A DNA stretch of 64,000 nt from Lingula anatina (taxonomy: Eukaryota; Animalia; Brachiopoda): the NCBI GenBank assembly GCA_051362555.1, contig CM120649.1, positions 3,410,001 through 3,474,000 on the forward strand. The letters run 5' to 3'. The notes under the pieces were generated by a model. It was not told where the DNA came from. It did not search any database and saw only the letters and a program-made list of their open reading frames with translations. Position numbers and translations under genes: made by a program. Shown piece by piece: positions 1 through 13,214 of this stretch; the first letter of the stretch is position 1; each line of letters opens with the position of its first letter.

Positions 1-1322
1 ACATGTAAACTTATCACTCTTGCTTGTAGAAGAGATGAACAATCTAAAACATTATTGCATAACATGTACTCTGAAGGACACAAAATCCATCATTTGCTAC
101 CAGAGATAAATGAAGTTCCTACACTTTGCGCCGGGTTTATAAGTACACTGTGCCAAAATTGAGGACTGTACGATCATCAAAAACTTTTATCCCATGGGCT
201 TTATCAAATTTTAAGAACTAAGTTTTTTATGAATTTTTAATGTGTATCGAATCATTTTAACACTTACAAGTATATTTTAAGATTGTGCATCTCACGACTA
301 TTTGTTTTTATTTAAAAATCCAACTTTTTTAAGTTGCAAATAAATATATATTATTATTTTTATTATTTACATTATAATGAAACATGATACAAATACAAAA
401 ATAATTTGTTGACAGTGCTTTGTAAATTTTGCTACTTCAGGTGACTCAAACCTCACATTTAGAGGAGCAATCCCTGGAAAAGCTGCATCCAGCATTTCAT
501 TGACATACAGTAGTATAAAATTGCAAAAGGGCACTTCAAAAGGTACATTGTTATAGAATATATATATATTTCAGTATTTCAAGGCTTTTATCAAATTACA
601 AAGTACCAATTATGTATCAGTTATAGTAGCAATAACAGCTGTTACTGCATACATAATAACATTAACAGCAAATTAATTTTACTCGTGACCTACATATAAA
701 ATATTTTATCTTTCTATGGAATGTTTTCGTGTCTACTTTGATCAATAATCAGTATATGATAAGAACAGTGAAATTTAGAGAAATCAGATACAAATACATA
801 AAGCATCTTCAGCTGAAACATTTAGAAAATACAATGATTTCAGTTTAGAGGTATTTTGCAATTGTTTAATACATTTTTAAACATTGTAGTCTTACAGGCT
901 AATGTTCAAGGAATCCAAAAATAAATTATTTCCTGCGCCTTAATTATACCACACACTTCCAAAACTATATAAAAATGTTTTTGTTGTCCATGTAATACAT
1001 CATGCCTCATCTAACTTCAAGAGCATTTTATAGTTTGCTATATTCTCCTCAGTTTATTCCAATTTTTTTTTATCTTATTATTATTTTTTAAATTTATTTA
1101 TTTTATTTATTATTATTTTTTTATCTTGTACTCTTAGCTGCATACCATGGGTTATCTGATGCGATCACCCAAGATAGCTAATTCAGAAGTGCTTCATTTT
1201 ACACCTTAAAGTCATAATAACTCTTTGTTTTGGCCAAAAGTTGGATTTTCCTGGAGTAAACGGCAATTTTTTCTCGTACTTACCAATGGTCAGTGACCCC
1301 ATTCCTGCATTCAAAGTTAGTC

Positions 1323-1370
<48 letters not shown>

Positions 1371-1602
1371 AGCCCTCTCTGACAGTGACATTGCATAGTC
1401 ACGCGATATCAAGCGATAGTTTCTGGTGGCCTACTTAAAACCGCGGGAAAAGCAGACAGCAACAACACCATAACAATAATATAAGACTCATAAGATATAT
1501 TCGTCTTATTGCTCAAAATGCATATATATCTACAATGTGTGCTATCTGTGCTATTCTGGGCTTTCCTTTATCCGACGCACTGTACAAAAACTCGCAACTT
1601 AC

Positions 1603-1700
1603 GTCTGCTATTGCATCAGGCTTTTGGCGCCAGAAGTGATTTTGGTCTCGAATGAACGCGAGAATTCGCGTGGCGCCCTAACGTCATTGGCAACGGATGC
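1603..1700 (-). promoter_or_regulatory. possible promoter and non-coding first exon of a gene extending left of the window
   Basis: CpG-richer patch, minus-strand donor GAC|GTAAGT at 1602, and RFX/X-box-like GTCATTGGCAAC near 1683-1694. No coding exon confidently linked. Confidence 0.25.
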
Positions 1701-1993
1701 CTTAACGACCGGGAAGAAAGGCATCAAAGCCCTATTGACAAGCACAGATTTTAGTTTTACTACAATAACGGCCGTTTTAGTGGTAAAATGCAATAGAATA
1801 TATTTCCATGCGTTGTTTACAATGTATTCCTTGCGGAATATTGAATCTCAAAGGAAGAGTTATTATTGCTTTAAATTTTCCTTCAAAATAATATCAGCAC
1901 CGGTTCACACAGTTCGAAGCCCCATAAATCTGACCCATAGAATACTATTGGTGCAGTCATTTTATTAAAAGGGGGTGAAAATTATCACAATAG

Positions 1994-4900
1994 CAGTGAT
2001 CATTTTACCTCTGCGTCCCGCGTCCCTGACGCACAATTTTTACTGTAGACGCAGAGTTTTATAGCATATGCGTCCACATGGACGCAAAGATTTTAAATTG
2101 TGTGAGATTCGTAAATAACCTGTCCATATGCATCGCTGATTCGCATAAAATACTAGTCACTAAAGTAGGTTTATCATGTTCGTTTTCCCGTTGTTGTATT
2201 GAATGTTACAATAGCTTCCGGTTAGACTGTAAGTGTGAAATGCCAGCTGATTGGCTGTTTACGCATCAAATAGCCAATAATATCAATCGTTAGTAATGGC
2301 AAAACTGTTCGTCTGCTTTGCACACTCCACTTGACCTATTTTCGACTAAAATAGATTTTGCGCATCGTGTTCGTCTGCTCAGCGACCATCCGACTATGCC
2401 GCCGAAAAAGCAAGTATTAATAGACAGTGGCCAACAGACAATATTGAATTTATTTAAGGTGAGACAGAGTCAAGCCGAGTTAGAGAAAACTTCTGAGACA
2501 GTAATTGCTGTGACTGCCGTTGAGGCTGAGAGTGAGAGTGACGCGGATGAATGTTTGACGGAGGCAAAAACGGAGTCAAAAAGGAAAATGCGTTCCTTCA
2601 AACAACACTGGACAAAGCTCTATGCTTGGTTAAAGTATCACAAAAATGAGGATGGGACTGATTTCATGTATTGTGATGCATGTACATCGGCAAATAAACG
2701 TAATGGGATGGTGAAAAATGCTCAGAACAGAAATTATCAAAACTCTACCCTTGTGAGACACGCAGCCTTGTCAGATCACAAATTAGCAATAGAAACACCA
2801 GTGCTGCAACAGAACTTTCAATCTTGTGAGAAAAAAGTTATAAAATCCAAAAGTAAAGCCGTTCTTGCACTATTAAAATGTGTTAATTGGATGGCTCGTG
2901 AAGACATTCCGTTCACAAAATATAAATCAATGCTAAACTTGCTCCACGATGTGGGTGTGCCAGATATTACTGTGCTACAGAAAGGCAAAATTAATTACGA
3001 CTCATATTATACTGCAACAGAACTGCTGGAATGCCTTGCAAATAGTGTTGAAAGAGATATACTGGACAAGTTGCAAAAATCTCCAGTTGTCACCCTATTG
3101 GCTGATGAAAGTACTGATTTATCAAACAAGAAAAGGCTTGTGATATACACTCAAATAATTTCTGATGAGATGATGCCATCAACACATTACTTGTGTAATG
3201 TTGAATGCACTGACACTACTGGGAAGGGAATTGCAGGCATAGTACTGGAAGAAGCTTCCAAAAGAGGAATACTACCACAGAAGATAATGAGCTTTGGATC
3301 TGATGGAGCATCTGTCATGACAGGCAAAGTGAATGGTAAGTAATTATAAATAATTTTGAGTCAAAATGAATAGCTTTGTTAAATTAATAAGATGTTACAT
3401 GTTTTGGAAATTTTTTCATTTTTCCTTAATAAATTATTCCTAATTTGTATTTAATTTAGGCACAGCTGCAATACTAAGAAGGCAAAATCCACACATGACA
3501 AACATTCATTGTATTGCCCATAGACTGGCCCTATGTTCATCCCAGGCTTCTGAAAATATTCCTCACCTGAAAGAACACCAACAAGTCTTGACCGATTTAT
3601 TCTATTACTTTAAGGTAATTATCAACCAAGTATAAAATTAATAAAATTAACCAGGTAACTTTTCTTTTCCAATATTCATACAATTTGTGCAAAATCAAGT
3701 GAACTGAGAAAGAATACATATCGCATAAAACATTTATTTTCGTGTTTATTTTTTAAGTGGGGAACTATTTCTATCATTTACTTTAAAGGGAAGCAGCAAA
3801 CGCGAGGCAAGATTGAGGGATATACAAGCTATTCTTGATGACCCACTGCTGTCCATTAAGGAAATCCACTCAGTCAGGTGGCTGTCGTATTTCAATGCAC
3901 TTACAGCAGTGTATCGGACTCTGGATAGTTTGCTGACATTTTTTACAGAAACTTGTAGTGATTGCAAAGATGCAAAAGCTGTTGGCTTACTCAAAAAGGT
4001 AATTTTACATGTTTTAATAAATTGAATAAGTTCAACCTAAAACTTTCAGGTCACTCCCCTTACATTTTATCAATGAAAAGCAAAACTGAAAACAATGAGA
4101 AATCTTTTCCAAGGGAAAAATAGTCCTAAAAAGTCAAAAGTTTGTATTAAATAATCAAAATTTTGTAAAGAAATAATACTTTTTTTTCAGATTGGTACAA
4201 GCAAGTTCTTGTCTGTGACACACATGATGTTAGATGCCATGCTGCCTGTTACCCAGTTATCACAGTTCTTCCAAACAGAAAATGTTGATGTTGCTCTTGT
4301 GAAGGTAAATACAATGCAGTTTGTTTATATTTCTATTTACTTTGATTTAAATCAATAATTTTTACACAGATTTTGATGTAATCCTTAAATTGATAGACAT
4401 GGTTCATTGGGTGTATATAGAATATAAATACAGTAAATACCTTAAATAATTTGTCTAATCTGTTTTGCAAGATGGAAACAAGTTAAAATATTTTGTATTT
4501 TTTTATCATTACTATAGGTCAAGTTGGACCTGTGTTTGAGTGATCTCCAGAAAGTGAAGAAGCTTGATACACCATATCTAAATCAGCTTAGGGAGGATCT
4601 CACAGGGACAAGCTACAAGGGTCATCACATCACAGTCACTAGCAATTTCAACCTTCAGAAACTAACTGACACATTTGTGGATGCACTTGCAGAAAACATA
4701 AAGAAGAGGTTATTGCGGTTACTATTACGAGTTCACAATCTTCCTGTACTTAAAATGATAAAAAATGAAAACATAAAATAAGTAGTTTTTTTTTTGTCCA
4801 TCATATAAAGAGAAACATTATATAAGGTTCTGTCAAATTTTATTCTTAATCTATCAATCCAATTCTATTGGACAATTGTCTGAGTCAATAATCATTGTTT

Positions 4901-5636
4901 TAGGTTCCCTGAGGATGGGATGTTGTTTGCGTTCTCTGTGCTTGGAATGAGACCCATAAGTGTTCTGTCCAAGGAAGAGAGAGACAGTTATGGAAACGAG
5001 GAAATCTCTAAGCTAGTAGCCTACTATGGAAGCAGCCAGACAGTGACATGGAAGGACAGTGACAAAAACACCTGTGAAAATACATCTCCTCCATTAATTG
5101 ATTCACAGAAGTGTTTGTCAGAATGGTCATTTGTGAAAGAAATGGTTATTGCTGAAAAGTACCCAAGGGATTCAATAGTTAATCTATGGCAGTTGATTTC
5201 CACTTATCATAAAGCTGATCTTCCCAATCTTCTTCTTCTAGCACAGCTAGGGTTGACCTCTGCAGTTCACACAGCAGGATGCGAGAGGGGTTTTTCATGT
5301 CAAAATAGTATATTGACAAAGGACAGATGTCGTCTTAATGTTGAAACCCAGCACAAATTGATGCTGGTTAAAATGGCTAAGTCTGTTGACTATCAGTTGG
5401 CTATTGATTTGTGGCAAAAGGACAAGGAAAGGCGTATATATGAACTGAAGTAAACTTGTCACTGTCATGTTGCTTAAATAAAGAAACTTGAAAAAATAAA
5501 AGTAACAAATTGTTAGTTTTGTGGTAACCTTTATTGTTCAAAATGACAGGGACCCATCACAATCGGCAGGGACCCATTGTTCAATATCATGTGCATCCTC
5601 TTGGACTCATAATATTTAAAGGTAAAATGATCACTG
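1994..5636 (+). mobile_element. full-length autonomous-type hAT DNA transposon
   Basis: Perfect 17-bp TIRs CAGTGATCATTTTACCT (1994-2010) / AGGTAAAATGATCACTG (5620-5636). Flanked by direct repeat CAATAG (1988-1993, 5637-5642). Subterminal GCGTCC/GGACGC and GGGACCCAT repeats. Encloses the transposase gene. Confidence 0.93.
2396..5453 (+). CDS. hAT transposase (ZNF862-like), 6 exons, about 719 aa
   Basis: GT-AG exons 2396-3335, 3460-3614, 3789-3998, 4191-4304, 4518-4708, 4904-5453 join to a 2160-nt open frame. Motifs: N-terminal Zn-finger-like W..WL..CDAC..H..H, ADESTD, SDGASVMTG, HCIAHRL (CxxH), VRWLS, and C-terminal dimerisation region TAGCERGFS. Confidence 0.92.
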
Positions 5637-6565
5637 CAATAGTATTTCAACTTGTTTATAATAATGGTAACTTTTCCTTGTCTACATACTCGATTTATTT
5701 ACATCTCTTGCTCATGTTATGCTATGGGTTATTCTATAATACACATTTAAAAACCAATGTTTCACATAGTCATAGTTAAAAATAAAGATGTAGTATTGAA
5801 ACTGATTTCTCATACAGAATTAGTTGTACTCTGCCATTATAGTACTTTAAAAATGTGCATGACTAACACAGAGTTCTAATTTAGTTTCAGATATCTGCAA
5901 ACTTTTGGCACAATGCATAACTCCCTGTTTGGTAAAGAAGTCCAAGGTCTCCAGGCTGAACATAGTGGCATCCCAGTCAGCTTTCTTCACTGCTACATGT
6001 ACAACCAGAATGACAGACATTATAGCAGTCACAGAAGATCACCAACTCAGTCTGGTTGACACTTGAGATCTTCAGTAAAGTCCTGGATGCACATTTCATC
6101 AGCCCTAATAGTGCACGGTGGTTTTTGTAGTCAGCAAACTGAAACATATATGTAGAGGAAGTGATAAACATGAAGAAATGAGTCAACGCAGAGATAACAG
6201 TACACAGCCAGAAGCAGACACAACAGGCTGCTAAGTCACAAGGCAGATTTTCACCTATCACTACAAATGCAAAGTCTATGTTAGTGGAAATGGAACAATA
6301 TTAGGGACACCTTTCCAATATAGGAAAGTTTGGCGTAGTCAAACGAAATTTTATGGCGACAACAATCTCCAGAGCTTATTTACGCACATGCGCATTCTGC
6401 ACATGCTCAATTCTACCTAGAGGGGTAGTCCCAATGGGGCTATCAGTTTTTTTCACCACTGGGTGGCGCGCGTGTTTTAGTTGGGTTACTTTTGCGCATG
6501 CGCGTACTTTCTCGTGTGTTTGCAGTTTCATTTTTAATCTGACGCTGTAAATATCGGTCTAAATA

Positions 6566-7870
6566 ATGCCAGGATACTGTTGTGTTCCGGAATGTACATC
6601 GTCAACAGCAGGTCATTCTTTTCCGAAAGACACAAAGCTGAGTTACCAGTGGAGAGTTGCCATCAGGAGGGTTGATTCTTCATCAAAAACACTATGGAAA
6701 CCAAAGGCACATGACAAAGTCTGTTTCCTCCACTTTCGTGAGGAAGATTACACTTCTACGTAAGTTGTACTTGCTGTTGTTGCTTTTTGTATTAATAATG
6801 AGTTTGTCAACTTATTCATTAGGTCTTTGTTATCGATGTTTAAGTAATTGTGTCGTTTAACGTGCTTAGAATGTTGATTTTTAAGACATTCTTCACCTAA
6901 CATATATGTAGCGATTTGAGGGAGAAAACACTCTACCAACTAAGCTACCGAGCCCGGGTCAACCCCGACCAGCCACTACAATTATTTCTTCGTTTTTATG
7001 TGATAATACATAACGTTTTTTAAAGGCCACGTTTTCAAATTAGGACAACTTGATTTTTATTGTATCAATAATCGTAATGTGCACTCCTTTTGCAGATGAG
7101 AGAAAAAGACTGAAGCCAGGAACGATACCATCCATATTTCCATTTAATAATTCGCAAAGTATCAGATCCGATGAAGTGGAGGTAAATATAACGCATGATA
7201 TAATAACAGATTTTTAAATAAAATGTTTCTTTTTATTTGTATAATTATCTGTCTTAATACTAGAAATACTAGAGACGGACTAAAGGGGACAAGAGGCAGT
7301 CAGATCTGCGTCATTTCTATCATCTACACAGATTTAATGTTTTAATTAACAACGAAGTATTTTTCTTTGTGTAATTTATTAACTTATGTATTTATTTTTT
7401 GTATCCTATATAGGATGAGTCTCAAGCAGATGAAGCAGTGGCAGACAAACATGAAGACTGCGCTGGTGAGAGCCAAAAAGAAAGTACAGCTTCCCAGTGT
7501 GATATCACTACACCATCAGACACAAGAGAAAGCATCATGCTGTACCAGAAAAATGCAAAGGCTGTCTAGTATCAAACTGGATTTATAGTCATATTGAACA
7601 TTTCATGTTGTTTTTCAATGGCCTTTGGCCAGCAGCTCACCACTTGAATTTCAAATGTTTGTCACCAGGGCCAATGTTTTTTGATCATTATGAAACTGAG
7701 ACAAGCCTTTGACGATTATTTAGCTCTCCGTTTCAAGCTATCGGTAACAACGGTGTCAGAAATAATAAGCACATCGATCAACTTTGTTTTTCCAGCTCAG
7801 TGAAATGAACATTTGGCCAGAACGTGACATTGTTGACGACTATATGTCTGTAAATTTTAAGAAATATGGA
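6566..7870 (+). pseudogene. THAP-domain transposase remnant
   Basis: MPGYCCVPEC...FP...W...W.P...VCFLHF (C2CH THAP). The next exon at 7096 encodes RLKPGTIPSIF (AVPTIF box) but is out of phase. Fragment QLSEMNIWPERDIVDDYMSVNFKKY resembles the segment preceding the Harbinger-type DDE domain. No catalytic core found. Confidence 0.7.
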
Positions 7871-8815
7871 GTATTGATTTCATGGGTAAACTGGCATAAT
7901 TTGTCCTTGTCTTGTCTTTCGGTTGCGTTCAAAATATCACCAAACCTAAAAATGATAAAATTAAATTAGTGAGATCGGTTTTTTTTACTGTTCTTTTCAA
8001 TTTGTATTCCAAATGCAAAATGAAATTGTACATTCATAGCATTAAATGTTGACCTTCAAACCATGATATATCATCTCACAACTTGTATTTCTGTATTATA
8101 ATGCAACTACAGGTATATATAGTAGCTCAAGCTAGGACACGATATTGATACAAGACATCTGAAGAAGTAAAAAACAAGCAAACTTATTTTCGTTTGCACA
8201 CCTACCTCGATGCTGTTATTCTCCATGATCTTTCTTCATGCCACACTCGACTTTTACTTTGGCCTCTAGTTCTGTTTTCAAGTTCTGACACTTCCTTCTC
8301 TGTGACCTACCAACATCAATGCAATTATGAGGGAGTGAAAAAAACAATAATGCTAACAAAACGATGCTAACATTCTTGGCAAACACTGTTTTGATTGTCT
8401 ACCTCATCTATACTTAGTTATGTCAATTGTCATTGACATAAAACACGCATCAACCCTTGTTTCTCCTTTACAAATTTGTGTTGACACAAGTCGTGTGTTA
8501 AATGTCGGACCTGGTACACGAAATTTGATTACCGAAACGAACGGTCCTTTATCGACTAGGAGTGCCTACAAAAAACATATTTTAAACATAAATACCTTCA
8601 TTATATTCTCGGAATATGGAAATACGCAATGACAATATCATTATCTTGAAATATAGTAATAAATTAGGCATATTAGTAGTGCGGAACTAGCCGCCGCTTA
8701 CACCTGGCTTTTGACAGGGAGCTCACACAGAAACCCATATTTTACGGGAAGATTCGAGCGCGAAACCTTCAATATTAATGATACAATTGACACATTTATA
8801 AGTAAACACACTAAC

Positions 8816-8916
8816 CTTTCTACCAAATCCTGTTTCTTTCCTCTAGTGGAGGCTCCTCTTTCAACTAGTCGAAGTTTTTACTTCGCCACCGTTTGCTTCC
8901 CATACTCTAAAGCCAT
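8816..8916 (-). pseudogene. SAP-domain first exon of the element's second gene, interrupted by a stop
   Basis: Reverse translation MALEYGKQTVAK*KLRLVERGASTRGKKQDLVER followed by a GTTAGT donor. Matches the SAP pattern V.EL...L..RG....G.K..LV.R. Confidence 0.62.
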
Positions 8917-10331
8917 TTCTACACGGACGCGAAAACGAGGCTATCTTCAATAACCACTATTACCCCAGCGCCCTCTTTAGGACAAACGGCTCCGCGTATA
9001 GCCCCATTGAGGCACATGTTGCTACTTATACCATGGGACGTCACTGCCTGACCCATTTTGCGCTCATTCTGTTGTCGCGCACGATACATTGAAGCTACAA
9101 GTTATCTCCAACTTTCAACTTAAACCTTCAGTTCAGAAAATTTCATCGGCTTTTCCTTCGATGAGACCTTTCCAGCAGTTCACTCGATATTTCGAACCGT
9201 TACGGCACGTTTACAGCTTATTATGTCAGCGAAAGATTCAGTACAAGTTCAAGCAGGGAGTAGCTGTACATCTGCCGACTATTAGGCTACATAAATGCGG
9301 TAAGTTAATTTCTTTACTGCTTTAGCAGATGCCGTTGACATAATCCATTTGTCCATGAGTTTCTGGTTTGCTCTAATAATGGTCACGGCGACTGCACTAT
9401 AAGGCTCCTTGCGTATCACCTATTCAATTTTTTAGTTAGCACTGAAGTTACCGTTTATACCTACTATTTATTTAATTATCTTTGAGTTTCACATTTATGA
9501 CTCCGTTTATAAGTCTTCTGAACAAAATTGTCTTATCAACCCCCACCCTTCACACATCTTGAATATTGGGGTTCATTTATGCTTAGGGCACTACAACTGA
9601 TAAGTAAATATAGTTATTAGCTTTTTCCTTCTACTAAACAAGATCATGTTACATGGATATTGCAAGAATAGTACAGTCACGGAAGATTTAGTGAAACAAA
9701 AATACTTATTGAAGCATATCGCGGGTCTTCCTTGCCCAGTGCGCTTGGGCACCAGTCAAGGTTATGGCCTCTTTGCAACCCCACAAACAAAATTTGTGCA
9801 AAAATCGTTTAAAAATAATAACTTTTGCTGAATCGTCACATCATTATTTTTAGGATGATGAGTCTTATTTAATATTTCATATTTAATTTTTATCCCTAAG
9901 GCCATAACATTTAATGCAGGCAACAATTTGCCACATTGTTATTATTGTTAAAATTATTAGGATAGTGAGTTTATATAATAAAAGCGGCCTTGTTTGGCCA
10001 AATCACGAACACCCGATAGTCTTTGTTGCCTTCTATTTTGTTATGAACGGGACTTTGCAAGTTTGTGGTGCACTGGGATGGAGAAGACATAAAGATACAT
10101 TTTTTCCAATGCATGTTGCTCAAATTCTGTTATTCCAGATTGCCATTTTAGTTCTACTTACTAAATGTACAAATTCAGCAGTTTTTGTACACATTTCTTT
10201 AATCCTTAATTTCTATTTTAAAGTAAGGATAGTCTCAGTGTGTATGTAACTGCAATCAGTTTCACTTTCACCATACATGTGTGCACTGAAACCGAGACAT
10301 AAGTCCTCATTTGGTGAGCAAACAGCAAACA

Positions 10332-10550
10332 GGGGAGACCGGGGCTAGTTGGGTAAGTGGGCCCCCCATCAATTTCTGACAAAGTAATTATGGGGTAGAA
10401 TAATTGATCACATCATTTTGTAAAGTGACCGTATCCAATGGTGTTAGCAGTGAGTCCAAATGAAATAATTTAGCATCTTAAAGTAACTTTATTAAAGAGA
10501 CTTGATGGGGGGCCAACTTACCCCGGGGTCCAACTAGCACCGGTCTCCCC
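10332..10550. mobile_element. MITE, about 220 bp, Tc1/pogo-like
   Basis: Inverted ends GGGGAGACCGGGGCTAGTTGG / CCAACTAGCACCGGTCTCCCC plus inner inverted GCCCCCCATCAA / TTGATGGGGGGC. Flanks CA / TA (degenerate TA duplication). Confidence 0.78.
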
Positions 10551-11149
10551 TACTAGTACAATAATTGACTTTGGGAGACGTCATTTCTACAAATTATTGA
10601 TCCGAAGCATATAATGACTTTTTTTATTAAACTTTTGTTTAAATGGTATTTTAAGCGTTAAAGCTCTTTGACATACATGTACATGTATTTGGCAGAAACG
10701 ATTTTCCCTCACTTATAATCTCTTCCCGATTAGTGGCCGGTTAAAATCTTTGATTTACCGCAGAACATTATTGAGAAAATAAAATAAATAAAAAATGATA
10801 AAAACACTTATTGTTTACACTCACGTTTCAGCTCTAAACTTTCAAGTAATATATTTTTGATGTTCGTCATCAGTAAGCATGCGTCCTATGTGCTTTTACT
10901 AATAACTAAACATAGACTAATAAAAGGTTCATCGCCAACATCTAATTACTGTTAGGGAAGCACATTTCTTACCTGACCTGAACTTCTACTCAAAATCCAT
11001 CCACAACTTTTTGATTTTGGGTGGTAACAAACACGCTATCAGAATAACAGACCAATGGAGTTGAAAACATAACCGAAAACATGAAGTATTTGGTGGAGGT
11101 AAAGATTCAAAATTACCGCCAGGAGGAGTTAAGAATGTACGTCATCAGA

Positions 11150-11222
11150 AGCCCCTGGTGAGGTTCGAACTCACGACCCCTGGTTTACGAGACCAGTGCT
11201 CTAACCACTGAGCTACAGAGGC
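11150..11222 (-). tRNA. trnT: tRNA-Thr, anticodon CGT
   Basis: Reverse complement GCCTCTGTAGCTCAGTGGTTAGAGCACTGGTCTCGTAAACCAGGGGTCGTGAGTTCGAACCTCACCAGGGGCT: 7-bp acceptor stem, CTGGT/ACCAG anticodon stem around CT-CGT-AA, intact A and B boxes, 73 nt. Confidence 0.95.
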
Positions 11223-12455
11223 GGGTATTTACACATTCTGATTTTTTCTTACGCACTGTGAGGTGATTTTTGTTAATTTTTTTTTTTTTTTACTAAATTA
11301 AAACGTTTCAGAAAAGCCGCACTGTTTTCGTGTTTTTGACACGTACCGGTGCACGGCGTCTTGATCATACTACCGTGCTCTACCGTTTTTGGTTGCTGAT
11401 CAGTGTCCGGGTAATCCTTTAGTAAAATAAATGGGCATAATTTATATTCATATCAAGCACATACGTCGAATGGTAAGCATTGTTTTTCCTTCATTCCTCA
11501 CTATTCGTAAATTGAACCGAACATCCCCTTCAGCATTTGTGTCATCAAGAAATATCTCAAAATTCAAAATAAACTGTCAAAAATATCTTTAAAATATAGA
11601 CCAAGGTATTACTAATAACCCGAATCATTGTTTTTTCAATTCCATTAATTAATTAATTAGATAGAATTTCGGTTCATTTTTCCTGAAAATGCCTGAAATC
11701 TGATCTTTCAAATTTTATCAAATCTCTTTAATAAAATAGAAGTTATCAGAAATAACCATAAACCGTTTATCACACTCTCTTTAAAAGGTAACTCTAAATA
11801 ATCCAAAATTTACTAGCGAAAATGGCCGATAATTTTTATAGGGAGGAGAGGGTATCTCTGGAGGTAAGGAGGGTTGACTGTGCACCTATGACCTGTGCTC
11901 CACCTTTGCAATATGAACATGTCTTGAAGAAGCGAACAGAAAAAAAATCGGGCTTTTATTTGAAATTCACGTCTTGACGCCACCGACTTGGTCAATTTCC
12001 CGGCTAATTTGCAGCGCTCGGTGTGTCAAAGCGAGAAGTTTTCATCGGGTAATTAGGATACGGGACCCAAGCACCACAACCCCAATATTTGCGGTTAGCA
12101 CACCCGTTAAACTTTAATCGGATCGGATTTACCCTTTTAAAGAGCTGCCCTCGCATTTTAAGTCAACACTTCAGCGACAATGCGCGTAGAAGGTTGCAAA
12201 GTGGTAGGATGTTTTTTTAAACTGCAAGTCACTTTGCACGTTAGATGAACTTTAAATGGAAACTAACTTTGCGATCACGGCGAAATCGAATTCCACCTTA
12301 CCGTGTAATTTCGTGTATTTCCGGAGATTCTCGGTCTAGAAACTTTTATCGCATTTCTGTAAGCACTCAAATAATTTTCCGTGAATGTCGCCGATATAGT
12401 GTCGCAAGTTGAACACTGCGAATTAACATCTTACGAGCGAGGACACCTGTAAAAC

Positions 12456-13171
12456 ATGGAAGACATTTTAGTCGAGGCAAGAAAGCAACATGCTACTCAC
12501 GCAGGGGAATACGGTGAAGTGGACCTAGAGACGTTTCGAACGTGTGTAGCATTTTGTGAGGTGAGTTCCTATATCTATCTTTAAACCTAAACATGTGTTT
12601 GCCATATTTTACTTATTTTCAAATGTGTTTACCTATTTCTATTTAAATAAATCTATAGACACTATCAATTAACTAATTAATTTATGTATTTATTTATTTT
12701 TATTTCACTTTCCTACTAATTGGACTGTCTTGTAGTCTTAACCTTTTTTGTCGTCTATCGGCGAAGAGATACAATTTTCACACGGAGAAAGGAAAATAGC
12801 CATATTTGTAAGCAAAACAGGGCGAGTTATTAACTCTCATGCACTGCCTATCAGTGTTACACCCGCAAAAAGTCAAATGTAAGATACGTTGACGTGTTTT
12901 TTTTTTTTTAATATTTTATTGCGACATGGATAAAGTCGTTAATAGACTGTAAATTTCTTTTCACTGTTTAACGTTTTTTTCTTTCTCTCTGTCTTTATCC
13001 TCTCACACGTACATATGTGTTAATGACTACTTTTTTCTCTTTTCTTTCTTTCCCTTCTCTTTTCGTCCTCCTTTCTCTTCTACCCTCCACATTCCACATG
13101 GCTCTGTATCTATTCTTTCTTCTCCCCATCACTCCCCTCCATCTCTCTCTCTCTCTCTCTTTCTCTCTCTA

Positions 13172-13214
<43 letters not shown>

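Larger units (their letters stand above)
6436..9005. mobile_element. decayed, internally deleted ISL2EU-like (Harbinger-related) DNA transposon
   Basis: Termini GGGGCTAT (6436-6443) / ATAGCCCC (8998-9005), with AT on each side. Contains a THAP/transposase remnant on + and a convergent SAP-domain gene remnant on -. Confidence 0.72.

Noticed and set aside
5847-6261. Cys-rich overlapping minus-strand ORFs faintly like a broken PHD finger
   Set aside because: Frameshifted, motif incomplete, no assignable gene or element.
6476-6490. CTCF-like motifs near both ends of the ISL2EU element and at about 14044
   Set aside because: Mismatches to consensus. Short motifs are not distinguishable from chance by eye.
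6930-6960. Reverse-strand GGGCTCGGTAGCTTAGTTGGTAGAG resembling a tRNA 5' half
   Set aside because: No anticodon or T arm. At most a SINE head fragment.
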